From IMG/VR virus record IMGVR_UViG_3300042870_001427, positions 1 to 36,146 of that record: DNA of 36,146 bases. One strand, written 5' to 3'. The notes beneath the pieces are model-generated. The model saw nothing but the letters and a program-made list of their open reading frames with translations, ran no database searches and had not been told where the DNA came from. The translations under genes were made by a program, and so were the position numbers. The stretch comes from a virus. Lineage: Duplodnaviria > Heunggongvirae > Uroviricota > Caudoviricetes. Each line of letters begins with the position of its first letter. Position 1 is the stretch's first letter. Below are positions 34,007-36,146 of the stretch, in pieces.

Positions 34007-34447
34007 ATGAAAAGAATAATTACAATCCTTATAGCAGCATGCATGGTATTACCTGCATTAGCGCAGAAACAAAAAATAGGAGTTACTTACGACGCTAACA
34101 TTACAAGAGTCATAGATGGTGATACAGTAGCATTTGAGGCTAATTGGTTACCTGAGCCACTAAAGAAAGAATTGTCTATAAGAGTATTCGGCGTCGATAC
34201 TCCTGAAAAAGGATTTAGAGCCAAGTGTGCAAGTGAGGATGCAAGAGGTCAAGCAGCATCTGCATTTACCAAACAGATGATTAACCAATCACAGAAAAGA
34301 CAAGTCGTTTTAATGGACTGGGACAAGTACGGGGGTAGAGTACTTGGTGATGTGTTGCTTAATGGGCAGAGTTTGCGTATAATGTTAATTCAAAACGGAT
34401 ACGCTCGAGAATATTATGGTGATGCAAAAACAAGCTGGTGTGAATAA
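34007..34447 (+). CDS. thermonuclease (SNase family) with signal peptide
   Basis: RVIDGDT, IRVFGVDTPE, DKYGGRVL; N-terminal MKRIITILIAACMVLPALA. Confidence 0.9.
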   Translation: MKRIITILIAACMVLPALAQKQKIGVTYDANITRVIDGDTVAFEANWLPEPLKKELSIRVFGVDTPEKGFRAKCASEDARGQAASAFTKQMINQSQKRQVVLMDWDKYGGRVLGDVLLNGQSLRIMLIQNGYAREYYGDAKTSWCE

Positions 34448-35436
34448 TGATTACTAAAAAGAAAACAAACTTAACTGACGAACGAACTTACTTCAAGCCC
34501 TTTAACTATCCCTGGGCCTATGATGCATGGTTGAAGCATGAGCAGAGTCATTGGCTTCACACCGAGGTGCCGATGCTTGAAGACGTTCAGGATTGGAAGA
34601 AAAAACTATCTAAAGAAGAGAAGCAATTTCTTACCCATATCTTTAGATTCTTTACCCAGGGTGATATTGACGTAGCTGGTGGTTATGTTAACAATTACTT
34701 ACCCCACTTCCCTCAACCAGAAGTCAGGATGATGCTTGCCGGATTTGCTGCACGTGAAGCATTACACATTGCCGCATATAGTCACTTGATTGAGACCCTT
34801 GGGCTACCGGAGTCAATGTATAATCAGTTTTTAGAATACCAGGAGATGAAAGACAAGCATGACTATGTGCTTGAGATCTCAAGTAAGAACGGTACATTAG
34901 AATCCACCGCCACCCACATTGCTGTATTCTCTGCATTCACCGAAGGCATGCAACTGTTCAGTTCATTTATTATGTTACTGAACTTCCCACGCCACGGTAA
35001 AATGAAGGGTATGGGTCAGATTGTGACATGGTCTATCGTAGACGAGACAATGCATGCAGAATCAATGATCAAACTATTCAGAACATACATAGAAGAAAAT
35101 AAAGAAATCTGGAACGATGAACTCAAAGGTAAAATTTACACCATCGCCGAAAAAATGGTGGAGTTGGAAGAGAAGTTCATTGATCTGGCTTTTGCTATGG
35201 GTCCTATGGATGACTTGGATGCTAATGACGTTAAACAATATATACGTTACATTACCGATCGTCGTCTTATTAGCTTGGGCCTTAAGGGGATAATGAAGGT
35301 AAAAAGAAACCCTCTGCCTTGGGTAGAGAATATGATTAACGCACCGACCCACACCAATTTCTTTGAGAACCGTGCAACAGATTATGCAAAGGGAGCATTG
35401 AATGGTAGTTGGTCAGAAGTATGGGCTAAACAATGA
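34447..35436 (+). CDS. nrdB: class I ribonucleotide reductase beta subunit
   Basis: FFTQGD, EALHIAAY (radical Tyr), EGMQLFSSF, DETMH, NFFE. Confidence 0.96.
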   Translation: MITKKKTNLTDERTYFKPFNYPWAYDAWLKHEQSHWLHTEVPMLEDVQDWKKKLSKEEKQFLTHIFRFFTQGDIDVAGGYVNNYLPHFPQPEVRMMLAGFAAREALHIAAYSHLIETLGLPESMYNQFLEYQEMKDKHDYVLEISSKNGTLESTATHIAVFSAFTEGMQLFSSFIMLLNFPRHGKMKGMGQIVTWSIVDETMHAESMIKLFRTYIEENKEIWNDELKGKIYTIAEKMVELEEKFIDLAFAMGPMDDLDANDVKQYIRYITDRRLISLGLKGIMKVKRNPLPWVENMINAPTHTNFFENRATDYAKGALNGSWSEVWAKQ

Positions 35437-35618
35437 CAGAAAAGATCCCCCACATATGTTATGAATGTGATAGTGAGTTTTACGTGTTTCCAACTTATGA
35501 GGAAAGTGAGATGCCTGATATCTCATTTTGCCCATATTGCGGATCCGAGCTAGAGTCAATTGAAGAAGATGAGCCGGAGATTGACGAGGAATATTTCGAA
35601 GATCCTGACGAGGAGTGA
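35433..35618 (+). CDS. small zinc-ribbon protein with acidic tail
   Basis: CYEC...CPYCG then E/D-rich C-terminus. Confidence 0.75.
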   Translation: MTEKIPHICYECDSEFYVFPTYEESEMPDISFCPYCGSELESIEEDEPEIDEEYFEDPDEE

Positions 35619-35645
35619 TACATAGTCATCTAAAGGATGGCTATG
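35618..35645 (+). promoter_or_regulatory. late-promoter variant inside SD/AUG-sequestering hairpin
   Basis: ATACATA 35618-24; CATAGTCATC (35621-30)/GATGGCTATG (35636-45) with one G-U pair. Confidence 0.6.
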
Positions 35646-36146
35646 AGTATACTTGGAATCGATTTATCATTAACTTCTCCCTCACTTTGTATATTTGATA
35701 GCAAAGGTACATTCGACATTAATCGGTGTACCTTTTATTACTTTACAAGTCTTAAAAAGACAATCACCGATAACGAGATGTTCAAGGGTGAATTGTATCC
35801 AGAGTTTACATACCCAGAAGAACGATATGATAACATTTCAAACTGGATATTGGACAAGGTAGTTAAACATGATGTGGAGTGCGTATACATTGAAGGCTAC
35901 GCGTTTAACGCTGTAGGAAGGGTGTTCCAAATTGCCGAGAACACCGGAGTTCTAAAGTACAGGTTATGGTCAAAGGGACTTAACTGTATTACTGTACCTC
36001 CAACGGTCATTAAGAAGTTTGCAACCGGCAAAGGCAACGCAAACAAAGAAGCCATGGAAACCAGTTTTATTTCTGAGACTGGCATTAATTTAAAAAGTAT
36101 CCTACAATTGACAGACAAGCAATGGAATCCATCTTCGGATATCATT
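35643..36146 (+). CDS. RuvC-like Holliday junction resolvase (truncated by window end); not in ORF track
   Basis: MSILGIDLSLTSP, VYIEGYAF, IAENTGVLK, PTVIKKFATGKGNANKEAM, SDII. Confidence 0.85.
   Translation, partial: MSILGIDLSLTSPSLCIFDSKGTFDINRCTFYYFTSLKKTITDNEMFKGELYPEFTYPEERYDNISNWILDKVVKHDVECVYIEGYAFNAVGRVFQIAENTGVLKYRLWSKGLNCITVPPTVIKKFATGKGNANKEAMETSFISETGINLKSILQLTDKQWNPSSDII

Noticed and set aside
6375-35436. Introns, inteins or homing endonucleases in gp43, uvsX, gp41, thyX, nrdA and nrdB
   Set aside because: All are uninterrupted and of normal length, with no intein splice motifs or LAGLIDADG/HNH/GIY-YIG ORFs
369-36145. Numerous antisense or alternate-frame ORFs in the track (e.g. 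9428-9922, 11485-11853, 14250-14711, 22553-22924, 23177-23551, 35897-36145)
   Set aside because: They lie wholly over well-supported genes, lack SDs and motifs, and are expected shadows of biased codon usage
1-36146. Stop-codon reassignment, tRNA genes, CRISPR array, diversity-generating retroelement
   Set aside because: Core genes are full length in the standard code and all three stops are used; intergenic gaps are short with no cloverleaf, repeat-spacer array or reverse transcriptase seen

Overview
This is a gene-dense, almost entirely plus-strand segment of a large lytic T4-like myovirus genome in the standard genetic code. The host is Gram-negative, as shown by an Rz/Rz1-type spanin pair, and is probably a proteobacterium given the IbpA-type Hsp20; that host call is inference. 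Gene order: (1) early hypotheticals, HAD nucleotidase, metallophosphoesterase and dCMP deaminase; (2) rubredoxin and Hsp20; (3) gp43 DNA polymerase, UvsX, an AAA ATPase and gp41 helicase; (4) a four-gene reverse-strand membrane module; (5) a late cluster with a PD-(D/E)xK nuclease, a His-rich ligase-fold protein, a His-rich HIGH-family nucleotidyltransferase polyprotein, Dps, and EF-hand-like and AT-hook proteins, several bearing T4-type capsid-targeting or prohead-protease signatures; (6) fibre-like structural genes; (7) an extended lysis cassette; (8) primase, ThyX, NrdA/NrdB and a partial RuvC-like resolvase. Several small genes absent from the ORF track were read directly, including ArfA-like and RMF-like proteins and rubredoxin. 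Most notable: a candidate capsid-packaged, His-rich enzyme payload; a recurring promoter-inside-hairpin translational lock at about 8 genes; an H-type pseudoknot plus ROSE-like thermometer in the leader of the hsp20 operon; and possible ribosome-manipulating microproteins. No tRNA, CRISPR array, intron or intein was seen. All family calls come from motif recognition by eye, not database searches.
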